Below, in pieces: positions 27,427-36,101 of a stretch of 53,264 nt of DNA (positions within the stretch are counted from its first letter, which is position 1; every line of letters starts with the position of its first letter). The notes under the pieces are model-generated. The model was not told where the DNA came from. It was given only the letters and a program-made list of their open reading frames with translations, and ran no database searches. This stretch comes from a virus (lineage: Duplodnaviria; Caudoviricetes): positions 1 to 53,264 of IMG/VR virus record IMGVR_UViG_3300032315_000109, one strand, 5' to 3'. A program made the position numbers and the translations under genes.

Positions 27427-27597
27427 ATGGAAGCGATTAAGTTACACAAACAAATGGCGATGGGTAAGGTATATCCAACGTCAATGGTTGGCAGTGGTAA
27501 AGACCCAGCACCAAAAGCTCCAATTCCTAGCGGCAACGCAAAGAATTTGACTAAGATGAAATCCTTTGAAGCTAAAACACCAAAGGGCGGCATGTGA
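27427..27597 (+). CDS. Small basic protein (56 aa), not in the ORF track
   Basis: MEAIKLHKQMAMG...KTPKGGM; AGGAG RBS; GTGA overlap. Confidence 0.65.
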   Translation: MEAIKLHKQMAMGKVYPTSMVGSGKDPAPKAPIPSGNAKNLTKMKSFEAKTPKGGM

Positions 27598-27794
27598 TTA
27601 GCCAAATCATTGGTAAAATCAAGCAAGCGCAGCAAGAAGCAGCAGTAAATGCGGTGGCATATCCTCCATCCGAGGGTAAAAACATCGAATTTTCGTATGG
27701 TCAGAGGGTCGGTTACTACGCTGGCTTAGACCGAGCATTACAGGAAATAGAAAAACTGTTGTCTGAGCAGGATGAAAAAGACAATAACCTTTAA
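27594..27794 (+). CDS. Hypothetical phage protein
   Basis: YGQRVGYYAGL motif; located between the portal and GroES genes. Confidence 0.75.
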   Translation: MISQIIGKIKQAQQEAAVNAVAYPPSEGKNIEFSYGQRVGYYAGLDRALQEIEKLLSEQDEKDNNL

Positions 27795-27817
27795 TTAACC
27801 AGCAATCGGAGACGCGA

Positions 27818-28237
27818 ATGCTACTAGAAACACCATTAGAAATGGGATTTGAGTCAATTGAAGACGCTTTCCCGCAAGTAGACTGTGGAATTATCCCATT
27901 TGGATCACGAGTTATAGTTCAAATTCGTAGAGCAAAGTCCAAAACCAAGAGCGGTCTGTATATTCCTGAAGAGGCACGTAAGACTGAGGCTAGTAACACC
28001 CAAGTAGCTCGTGTTGTTGCGGTTGGATCGCTTGCATATCGCAATAGAAACACTATGGAGATGTGGCCTGAAGGTTCTTGGTGTGATGTAGGTGAGTTTG
28101 TGCGCACTCCAAAGTACGGTGGCGACAGATGGACAGTAAAAATTGATGACGAAGAGATTGAATTCGTTATGTTTGATGATTTAAACATCTTAGGTCGTGT
28201 AACAGGCGACCCAACAAAGATGCGAGCATTTATCTAA
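27818..28237 (+). CDS. groES: GroES-like co-chaperonin
   Basis: IIPFGSRVIV...KTKSGLYIP...ARVVAVG...VGEFV..PKYGG...DDLNILG. Confidence 0.88.
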   Translation: MLLETPLEMGFESIEDAFPQVDCGIIPFGSRVIVQIRRAKSKTKSGLYIPEEARKTEASNTQVARVVAVGSLAYRNRNTMEMWPEGSWCDVGEFVRTPKYGGDRWTVKIDDEEIEFVMFDDLNILGRVTGDPTKMRAFI

Positions 28238-28255
28238 CGGCTGAAAGGAGTCGAT

Positions 28256-29176
28256 ATGAATACCAGAGTGGATGACACACTGTCAGAAGATGATGGTGAT
28301 GATGATAAGCAGCAGGTTACAGAATATGTTGCTGTTGTAGACGAGGATGAGCGCAGTGAAGCTCATGCTAATGATGAGGATGACGGTGAGGATGCCCGTT
28401 TAAGTGACGACAATGAGGATCGAGAGCAAATCCGTATCCGTCGTAGAGAAGAGAAGGCAGAACGCGCGCAACGCCGTAAGGCTGCTATGGAGCGGGATAA
28501 GCAGGAGCTAAACTACCTGCGTCAGATCGTTTCTGAGCAAGAGCGCCGCATGCGTAATCTTGAGCATAATACTGCGACACAGAAGTTTGTTGCTCTAGAG
28601 CAAAGAATACAAGAGGCTGCTGAAGAAGTTAAGGCTGCTGAGTACATCATCAGTCAGGCTGTCAATGCTGGCAATGGAGAGGATGTAGCTCAGGCTATCC
28701 GTATCCGTGATGAGGCGATTCAATCTGTAAAACAATTACAGAGTTATAAAGCTCGCGCTCAACAACCAGCCCAACAGCAGCAGCGCCAACCACAGGCTGA
28801 GCCAATTTCAATGAAGCTTGCCAAGGATTGGGCAGAAAGCAATGATTGGTTTGATCCCAATGGTGGTGATGAAAAATCAAAAAAAATGTTAGAAATTGAC
28901 AAAGGTTTGATAAATGAGGGATATAATCCAGAAAGCCTAGAATATTGGCGTGAGTTGGATAAACGCGCCGAGCAGTTAACTAAACGTGGAAGAGGTGGCC
29001 CTCCGATTGGTTCAGGTCGTGAGTATGTTTCTTCCACAGGTAGAAATGAAGTATATTTAAGCCCAGAACGTGTAGATGCTTTAAAGCAGCTTGGTGTGTA
29101 TGGTGACAAGGCAGCAATGGCCCCATACCTCAAGCAATACGCGAAGTGGGATCGTGAAAATAAATCAACTCGCTGA
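28256..29176 (+). CDS. Putative capsid scaffolding protein
   Basis: Acidic N-terminus, long coiled coil, position upstream of the capsid genes. Confidence 0.65.
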   Translation: MNTRVDDTLSEDDGDDDKQQVTEYVAVVDEDERSEAHANDEDDGEDARLSDDNEDREQIRIRRREEKAERAQRRKAAMERDKQELNYLRQIVSEQERRMRNLEHNTATQKFVALEQRIQEAAEEVKAAEYIISQAVNAGNGEDVAQAIRIRDEAIQSVKQLQSYKARAQQPAQQQQRQPQAEPISMKLAKDWAESNDWFDPNGGDEKSKKMLEIDKGLINEGYNPESLEYWRELDKRAEQLTKRGRGGPPIGSGREYVSSTGRNEVYLSPERVDALKQLGVYGDKAAMAPYLKQYAKWDRENKSTR

Positions 29177-29191
29177 TAAGGAGTGAGAACT

Positions 29192-29722
29192 ATGAGTGAC
29201 CAAAGACTGAAACGCATTGCAGACCCTGCGCGTGAATCACGGGCTTCGCAGAATCGTGAAACCACTGAGAACCGCGAGTTGTCGGATGAGGAAAGAGTCG
29301 AAATGTTTCGTATGCAATTTTTGCAAAGCGCATTACCTGACTTACCAAAGATACCGAATTACCATACATTTTGGGCAACAACAGCAAATCCACGAGACTC
29401 CATTAATTCTCGTTTAAGACTTGGATATGAACCTATTAAGCCTGAAGATATTCCGGGCTATGAATATGTGACCGTGAAGACGGGCGAATATGCAGGGTTC
29501 ATTGGAGTGAATGAAATGGTGGCTTTAAAACTGCCTATGCGCCTTTATGAAGCGTATATGCAAGAAGCTCACTTTGACGCGCCACTGCGCGAGGATGAGA
29601 AGTTGGTTGCTATGACCGAAGGGATGAGAGATCAAATCGAACGGTCAGGTGGAAAAGTAATTGAGGGTGATGGTATGGCAGATTTGCGTAAAGTTCCTGA
29701 GCGCCCTGTCTTTACTGATTAA
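29192..29722 (+). CDS. Head-module protein of unknown function
   Basis: AAGGAG RBS; LPDLPKIP..H.FW...RLRLGYEP motif. Confidence 0.75.
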   Translation: MSDQRLKRIADPARESRASQNRETTENRELSDEERVEMFRMQFLQSALPDLPKIPNYHTFWATTANPRDSINSRLRLGYEPIKPEDIPGYEYVTVKTGEYAGFIGVNEMVALKLPMRLYEAYMQEAHFDAPLREDEKLVAMTEGMRDQIERSGGKVIEGDGMADLRKVPERPVFTD

Positions 29723-29771
29723 CCAAGCAGGGTGCGAGGGTTTGAACTGACATATTTTTATAGGAATTATT

Positions 29772-30332
29772 ATGTCTTCTACTAGCGCACCTTTTGGCTT
29801 ACAGCCAATTTACCACACTAGTGGTAGCGTTCGTCCTCAAGCATTTACGCTTGTGGATAACTATGCTGCTACTCTTTTACAAAACCAACCCGTTAAGATC
29901 GGTACTAACGGCGCACTACAAGCTGCTGCTGCTGGCGAAGCTTTCATTGGCACGTTTCAAGGCGTAGAGTTCACCGACTCTGACGGTCGTCGTCGTGTAT
30001 CCAACAAATGGATTGCAAGCACTCTTGGTACAGATATAGTTGCTTATGCAACCTCTGATCCACAAATTGTTTATCAAATCCAAACAAATGCAACTGTTGC
30101 TTTAACCAACATTGGTAACCAAGCTGACACTACAGCAGCAGGTACTGGTTCAACTGTTACTGGTTTAAGTAACATGATGTTAGATACTGCAACGATTACA
30201 ACTTCTGGTTCAGCCCAATTACGTATTATTGGTCTTACACCTTATGCAGATAATGCTTTTGGTGATAACTTTGTAGTTGTTCAAGCTGAGATTTCTGAGC
30301 ATCAGTTCACAGCCGATAGAGTCGCATTTTAA
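29772..30332 (+). CDS. Putative capsid cement/decoration protein
   Basis: APFGLQP start, beta-rich, immediately before the major capsid gene. Confidence 0.7.
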   Translation: MSSTSAPFGLQPIYHTSGSVRPQAFTLVDNYAATLLQNQPVKIGTNGALQAAAAGEAFIGTFQGVEFTDSDGRRRVSNKWIASTLGTDIVAYATSDPQIVYQIQTNATVALTNIGNQADTTAAGTGSTVTGLSNMMLDTATITTSGSAQLRIIGLTPYADNAFGDNFVVVQAEISEHQFTADRVAF

Positions 30333-30344
30333 GGAGAGCGGATC

Positions 30345-31388
30345 ATGATTAAATTATTAAATACCGCTTTATCGAAGGTTAGCGGCTTCATCAAGAGTAC
30401 CCTTTATCGTGTTGGTCAAAGCATTAGTGATTCCCTGTTTGACTTTATGGTCAAAACAGGTCTCATCATGTGCGCAGTTCCAATGCGTTCCACCGACTTC
30501 CGCTCAATCGTTGAGCCGATCCTGAACGAAGAGTTCGACGGTATCTACGATCAGCGCGCAGACGAATGGAAGCAAGTCTTTACTGAGCGTAAAGGTATTC
30601 CACGTAACTACCATGAAGAGCCAGTGTTATACGGCTTTGGTGCTGCTCCTGAATTGCCAGATGGCATGCCAGTGACATACCAAGCTGGTGGCGTACTCTT
30701 CAACGCACGATATGTGTATAAAGTCTATGGTTTAGCATTTGCTCTGACCAAAGTCTTGGTAGAAGACGGTGACCATATCTCTATCGGTCAAACCTACGCT
30801 AAGCACTTGGCTCAATCTCTGATTGAAACCAAAGAAACACTTTGCGCGAACATCTTGAATCGTTCGTTCACTGGTGGTGCTTATGCAGGTGGTGATGGTG
30901 TATCTTTAGTGAATGCATCACACCCAATCGCTTCAGGTACATTCAGTAACCAATTGACTACTGCTGCTGCTTTGTCACAAACATCGCTTGAGCAGATTCT
31001 CATTCAAATCCGCAATGCTGTTGACAACAATGGTAAGCGTATTCGTTTGACACCTGAGAAGCTAGTAGTTGGCCCATCGAATGTATTCCAAGCTGAAGTT
31101 CTGCTGAAATCTGTTCTGCGTACTGGCAATGCTAACAACGACATCAACCCAGTTAAGTCAATGGGCATGTTGTCTGGTGGTCAAGCTAACTTGTCTCGTC
31201 TGACTTCAACTACCGCTTGGTGGATTAAGACAGATGCGCAAGTAGGTCTGCAACTGATGATGCGTCGTGCTTTAGAGAAATCAATGGAAGGCGATTTCGA
31301 GACTGACTCAATGCGTTACAAGGCAACCGAGCGTTACATTCCCGGTTTCACTGACCCACGTACCGTTTACGGTACTGCTGGTGTTTAA
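30345..31388 (+). CDS. Major capsid protein (HK97 fold) with N-terminal extension
   Basis: EPILNE.FDG.Y...GFGAAP...YGLAFALT...DFETDSMRYKATERY..GFTDPR..YG. Confidence 0.9.
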   Translation: MIKLLNTALSKVSGFIKSTLYRVGQSISDSLFDFMVKTGLIMCAVPMRSTDFRSIVEPILNEEFDGIYDQRADEWKQVFTERKGIPRNYHEEPVLYGFGAAPELPDGMPVTYQAGGVLFNARYVYKVYGLAFALTKVLVEDGDHISIGQTYAKHLAQSLIETKETLCANILNRSFTGGAYAGGDGVSLVNASHPIASGTFSNQLTTAAALSQTSLEQILIQIRNAVDNNGKRIRLTPEKLVVGPSNVFQAEVLLKSVLRTGNANNDINPVKSMGMLSGGQANLSRLTSTTAWWIKTDAQVGLQLMMRRALEKSMEGDFETDSMRYKATERYIPGFTDPRTVYGTAGV

Positions 31389-31394
31389 TCAAAC

Positions 31395-31426
31395 TGCTAG
31401 GGGCTTAACCGCCCCTAGTAATTTTT
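31395..31426 (+). terminator. Intrinsic terminator after the major capsid gene
   Basis: CTAGGGGC-ttaacc-GCCCCTAG then TAATTTTT. Confidence 0.75.
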
Positions 31427-31437
31427 AGGAGAATGTA

Positions 31438-31896
31438 ATGTCTACGCCTAGTCTTACTCATACTTATTTCGGCTCTACCTTAGTAGCTGGCGATGCATTG
31501 ACAGAGGCTACCAATGGTGGCTTTGCAGTGTTAAGCCAAACAGTTACTATGACAAGCGTGGCTGGCACTGCTGGCGGTACTGCTTACAATGGCACAGTTA
31601 CTCTTCCTGCTGGCTCTCAAATAATTAACTTTGAAGTTGATGTATTGACAGCTCCTACAGGAACTATAGCTTCTGCGCCATTTACAATTGGTACTGCTTC
31701 TGCTGGTACACAATATCTATCATCAACTGCTGCTATGACTGGTGGCAGAGTAACTTTGGCATTTACGGCTGCACAAACAACCGCAATGTCAAACATCGGC
31801 ACTAACACCACTGTTGTTGCAACTGTTGTACCTAATGCGACACCAACAACAACTCAAGGTGTTTGGCAAATGACTGTAGTGTATTCAATGAAGTAA
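31438..31896 (+). CDS. Virion structural protein (beta-rich)
   Basis: Thr/Ala/Gly-rich; AGGAG RBS; follows the major capsid gene. Confidence 0.75.
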   Translation: MSTPSLTHTYFGSTLVAGDALTEATNGGFAVLSQTVTMTSVAGTAGGTAYNGTVTLPAGSQIINFEVDVLTAPTGTIASAPFTIGTASAGTQYLSSTAAMTGGRVTLAFTAAQTTAMSNIGTNTTVVATVVPNATPTTTQGVWQMTVVYSMK

Positions 31897-31897
31897 T

Positions 31898-31927
31898 AGG
31901 AGGGGGTTCGCCCCCTTCTTCTCTTTT
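31898..31927 (+). terminator. Intrinsic terminator
   Basis: AGGAGGGGG-TTCG-CCCCCTTCT followed by a T-rich tail. Confidence 0.75.
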
Positions 31928-31938
31928 AGAGGCATATC

Positions 31939-32259
31939 ATGAGACAAATGATTGTATCGAGTACATCAGGTGCGAGTGCGCCATTGGTGATGAACCTCAA
32001 TGCAACACCCTTCAACGTAGGTTTTGGCGTAGTTGTGACGGGTTCTCCGACATACACTGTGCAACATACGTTTGATAATTTATCAAATGCGGCTGGCAAT
32101 GGCACTGGCTTTGTAACTTTTTTTGATCATCCAACAATTACAGGTCTTAATTCAAATGCAGATGGTAACTATGCATTCCCTGTATCTGGAATCAGAATAA
32201 ATGTGACTGGCGGTTCTGGCACTGCAACCTTGACTTTAATTCAGGCTGGTATTGCGTAA
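31939..32259 (+). CDS. Virion structural protein
   Basis: YTVQHTFD...GNYAFPVSGIRINVT; GAGG RBS. Confidence 0.75.
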   Translation: MRQMIVSSTSGASAPLVMNLNATPFNVGFGVVVTGSPTYTVQHTFDNLSNAAGNGTGFVTFFDHPTITGLNSNADGNYAFPVSGIRINVTGGSGTATLTLIQAGIA

Positions 32260-32492
32260 TGCCTGTCGGATCAAGTTCAGTTGCTAATGAAGCGAACACC
32301 ACTACTGGTGCTGCGCTATACACTGTTGCTAATGCAAACAATGGGTTAGGTGACGATGTTGGTGGTAGTGGCGTAGTTAACCAGTACACAGGTGGAACAC
32401 CACCTACGCCTTATTTTATTTTGCTAGAGGTAGATGGTTCAGGAAACATCTTGCTTGAATCTGGCAGTGGGTATATTCAATTACAGAATTAA
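32259..32492 (+). CDS. Small virion protein with ILLE..G..ILLE motif (possible fibre adaptor)
   Basis: TAATG coupling; precedes a fibre gene. Confidence 0.65.
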   Translation: MPVGSSSVANEANTTTGAALYTVANANNGLGDDVGGSGVVNQYTGGTPPTPYFILLEVDGSGNILLESGSGYIQLQN

Positions 32493-32501
32493 AGGTTAAC
32501 T

Positions 32502-34751
32502 ATGGCTGATTTAAAAATCTCGGCGATGACTTCAGCTACCACCCCTCTTACGGGGACGGAGCTAATACCAGTAGTTCAAGGCGGAGCTAACAGGAAAGTA
32601 ACTGTATCTAATATTATTGCTATCGGTGGAACAGTTACATCTGCAAGCATAACAAGCGCAAATGGATTCGCAGGTACTGTAGCAACTGCAACGACTACTC
32701 CAGCTATCACACTAAGCACAACCATCACAGGCATTATCAAAGGTAATGGCACTGCACTATCAGCAGCCGTAGCAGGTTCTGATTATGCTCCTGCAACAAC
32801 TGGCACATCAATACTTTATGGTGATGGTGCTGGTGGCTTTAGCTCTGTGACAATAGGTTCAGGATTGTCTTTCACTACTGGTACTTTGGCATCTACTTCA
32901 AGTGGTGGCTCTGTTACTTCAGTGTCTGTTGCTTCTGCTAATGGTTTGGCTGGCACTGTGGCAACAGCTACAAGCACACCAGTCATTACACTCAGCACTA
33001 GCATAACTGGATTACTCAAAGGTAATGGAACAGCTATTTCAGCAGCTACTGCTGGCACTGACTATGCAGCAGCACCAACAGGTACTAATGCTCAACTGTT
33101 AGCTAATAATGGCTCTGGTGGATTTAGTAATGTAACTGTAGGCTCAGGCTTAACTTACTCAGCAGGAACTTTGGCATCAGCGGCTGGCGGTGGTTCAGTT
33201 ACAACTGTTTCTGTATCAAGTGCAAATGGTTTTGCAGGTACAGTAGCTAACCCAACATCAACTCCAGCAATTACTTTATCAACTTCAATCACAGGCATCT
33301 TGCAGGGCAATGGCACAGCAATATCTGCAATCACAGTAGGTAGCGGATTGTCATTTGCTGGTGGCACTTTATCATCCACAAGCGGTGGTGGTTCAGTAAC
33401 TTCTGTTGATGTGTCTGGTGGCTCTACAGGTTTGACTACTTCAGGTGGCCCTATTACAGGCTCTGGAACAATCACATTGGCTGGCACTTTAGCTGTAGCT
33501 AATGGTGGTACTGGGGTTACTGCATCAAGTGGTGCAAGCTCAGTTGTGTTGCGTGATGCAAGCCAAAATGCTTCAGCAAATGTATTTTTTGATAATTTCA
33601 CATTCATTGCTGCGGCTGGCACAACAACTACATTGACTGTTGCAAGTGCATACAATTATGTTATTACTGGCTCAGGTGGTCAGACAATTCAACTGCCAAA
33701 TGCAACAACTTTACCAAATGGCGCAGTATATAATTTCAACAATAATCAAAGTAGTGGTGCAATTACAGTAAATAATGCATCAGGAGGATTAATTGTTTCT
33801 ATACCATCTGGTGGTGATGTTGCTGTAACTTTATTATCTAATGCAGCTTCTGCTGGTTCTTGGGATAGGCATGATAGAGCGCCATCAAATGTATCTTGGT
33901 CAACAAATACATTTGATTATGCTGGCTCTATTACAAGTGCTACATGGAATGGCGTAACAATAGCAGTTAATAGAGGCGGCACAGGCATTACAAGTTTCGG
34001 TACTGGTGTGGCTACAGCTCTTGGTATTAATGTAGGCTCTGCTGGTGCTTTTGTAACCCTTAATGGATCACTTGGCACTCCTTCATCAGGAACATTAACT
34101 TCATGTAGTGGATTACCAATTGGTGGTGTGTCTGGATTTGGTACTGGTGTTGCGACAGCTTTAGCTGTTAACACGGGAAGCACAGGAGCTTTTGTTGTAC
34201 AAAATGGTGCATTAGGCACTCCAACAAGTGGCACATTAACTTCTTGTACTGGATTACCAATTGGTGGTGTGTCTGGTTTAGGAACTGGTGTAGCAACTGC
34301 ATTAGCTGCAAATGTTGGCTCTGCTGGCGCTCCTGTAACATTTAATGGTGCATTAGGTACTCCATCAAGTGGTACTGCATCTGGTATGACTGTTGATGGC
34401 ACTGATTCAGTTGGCTTTAGAAATGTACCAATTAACAATGTCTCTTCTGGTTCATACCCTTACTCAACAGTATTGGCTGACAATGGTAAAGCAATCTATA
34501 GACCTTCCTCAGATACTACTGCGAGAACAATTAACATTGATGCTTCTGTCTCGTACCCTATAGGAACTGCAATCACTATCATTAATAATGGCGGTTCAGG
34601 CAATTACACAATTAGTCTTACATCAGGCACATTAAAATTACTTACTTCTGCTGGTTCTACTGGTAATAGAACATTAGCTATAAATGGTATTGCAACAGCA
34701 TTAAAAGTTGAAGCAACTGTGTGGGTCATTTCAGGAAATGGGTTGACATAA
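32502..34751 (+). CDS. Fibre protein 1 with internal repeats
   Basis: MADLKIS docking-type N-terminus; repeated SVTSVSV.SANGFAGTVAT.T.TP.ITL and 47-aa GTGVATAL repeats. Confidence 0.8.
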   Translation: MADLKISAMTSATTPLTGTELIPVVQGGANRKVTVSNIIAIGGTVTSASITSANGFAGTVATATTTPAITLSTTITGIIKGNGTALSAAVAGSDYAPATTGTSILYGDGAGGFSSVTIGSGLSFTTGTLASTSSGGSVTSVSVASANGLAGTVATATSTPVITLSTSITGLLKGNGTAISAATAGTDYAAAPTGTNAQLLANNGSGGFSNVTVGSGLTYSAGTLASAAGGGSVTTVSVSSANGFAGTVANPTSTPAITLSTSITGILQGNGTAISAITVGSGLSFAGGTLSSTSGGGSVTSVDVSGGSTGLTTSGGPITGSGTITLAGTLAVANGGTGVTASSGASSVVLRDASQNASANVFFDNFTFIAAAGTTTTLTVASAYNYVITGSGGQTIQLPNATTLPNGAVYNFNNNQSSGAITVNNASGGLIVSIPSGGDVAVTLLSNAASAGSWDRHDRAPSNVSWSTNTFDYAGSITSATWNGVTIAVNRGGTGITSFGTGVATALGINVGSAGAFVTLNGSLGTPSSGTLTSCSGLPIGGVSGFGTGVATALAVNTGSTGAFVVQNGALGTPTSGTLTSCTGLPIGGVSGLGTGVATALAANVGSAGAPVTFNGALGTPSSGTASGMTVDGTDSVGFRNVPINNVSSGSYPYSTVLADNGKAIYRPSSDTTARTINIDASVSYPIGTAITIINNGGSGNYTISLTSGTLKLLTSAGSTGNRTLAINGIATALKVEATVWVISGNGLT
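33990..34380 (+). repeat. 141-bp (47-aa) tandem repeat, about 2.8 copies
   Basis: CCAATTGGTGGTGTGTCTGG at 34116 and 34257. Confidence 0.85.
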
Positions 34752-35698
34752 TGAGTGGGATACTTGGATTAATGGCAGGTGCTGTTAATACACCAACAAC
34801 TCCAAGTGGTGGAGTTCCATCAACGATTGATCTTTTAGTCGTTGGTGGGGGCGCAAGTGGAGCTACCCAATATGGTGGGGGAGGTGGTGCGGGCGGTGTT
34901 ATAGCAACCCCAGCTCAAGCTATATCTGCTGCTGTTACATACACTATAGTAGTTGGTGCAGGTGGTGCTGCTAGAACTGCTTCTGCAATGGGAGCTGCTG
35001 GAAATCCATCATCATTTACAGGAACAGCAGTTAGTATTTCTTGTGCTGGTGGCGGTGGCGGTGCATTTGTTGGCTCTGCTGGTCTAGCTGGAGCATCTGG
35101 TGGGGGTGGGGCTGGTAGGTCTACTGGCAGTGGCTCTTTGGCTGGCGGTGCTGGGAATACTCCAGCTACCACGCCATCACAAGGTAATACTGGTGGTGGT
35201 GGTTTTGCAACTGGTGGTGGAACTGATGCTCGTGGAGCGGGTGGCGGTGGCGGTGCTTATCTTGGCACTCCAAATCTTGGTATTGGTGAAACTGGTACAT
35301 CAACAAAAGGTGGTAATGGCGGCGCTGGTCAAGCTTGGAATGGCAACACATATGGCGGTGGTGGTGGTGGAGGCGTCTTTGGTAGAAGCCCAAATTCACC
35401 TAGTTATGGTCTTGGTGGCACGGGCGGGGTCGGGGGTGGGGGCAACGGTGGCAGTGCTGGTGGCGTAGGCGTTACTAATGGGGCAGATGGTTTTGGATCA
35501 GGAGGTGGTGGTTCTGGTGATAGCCTTGCGCCAGCAGGTTATTTAACTGGTAAAGGTGGAACGGGTATTGTTATTTTAATTTATCCAAGTACCTTTGCAG
35601 ATGCTACAACAATTACTGGTGCATATACTTTTGACACAACAACTTACCCCGGAAATAAAATGTACAAGTTTACTGGCAACGGAACTATTAGATGGTGA
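34751..35698 (+). CDS. Glycine-rich virion protein
   Basis: LLVVGGGASG...GGGGAGG...GGTGIVILIYP...YKFTGNGTI; TAATG coupling. Confidence 0.8.
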   Translation: MSGILGLMAGAVNTPTTPSGGVPSTIDLLVVGGGASGATQYGGGGGAGGVIATPAQAISAAVTYTIVVGAGGAARTASAMGAAGNPSSFTGTAVSISCAGGGGGAFVGSAGLAGASGGGGAGRSTGSGSLAGGAGNTPATTPSQGNTGGGGFATGGGTDARGAGGGGGAYLGTPNLGIGETGTSTKGGNGGAGQAWNGNTYGGGGGGGVFGRSPNSPSYGLGGTGGVGGGGNGGSAGGVGVTNGADGFGSGGGGSGDSLAPAGYLTGKGGTGIVILIYPSTFADATTITGAYTFDTTTYPGNKMYKFTGNGTIRW

Positions 35699-36090
35699 TA
35701 AAAATGAGTTCTAACGCATATTATGCTCTGCTTGATGAAAATAACATTGTGACTAGTGTTATTAGAGGCATGCATGAAGACGCTCTAGATGAAAATGGTA
35801 ATGTAGTTGATTGGGAGCAGTTTTATGCTACTCAAATGAATGCAGCAGGATGCAAACGTACAAGCTACAACACTCTTTTAGGTAAGCATGCATTTAATGG
35901 CATACCATTTCGTAAAAATTATGCAGGACTTGGCGATATATACGATTCAGTAAGAGATGCATTTTACGAGCCTCAACCATATCCATCTTGGACATTAAAT
36001 GAAGAAACATGTGGATGGGAAGCTCCAACTCCATATATCGGAAATTCTTTATGGGATGAGAATACTCTTTCTTGGATTCCTTTAGATTAA
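35692..36090 (+). CDS. Protein associated with glycine-rich fibre genes
   Basis: YALLDENNIVT.VI...KRTSYN...FRKNYAG.G..YD..RDAFY.PQPYPSW...WEAP. Confidence 0.8.
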   Translation: MVIKMSSNAYYALLDENNIVTSVIRGMHEDALDENGNVVDWEQFYATQMNAAGCKRTSYNTLLGKHAFNGIPFRKNYAGLGDIYDSVRDAFYEPQPYPSWTLNEETCGWEAPTPYIGNSLWDENTLSWIPLD

Positions 36091-36101
36091 ATGAGTAAAA
36101 C

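Noticed and set aside
34751-35698. GG runs in the glycine-rich protein as copies of the xxGG motif
   Set aside because: Poly-Gly low-complexity context without the consistent hydrophobic-x-x-GG-x-V pattern; excluded from the count
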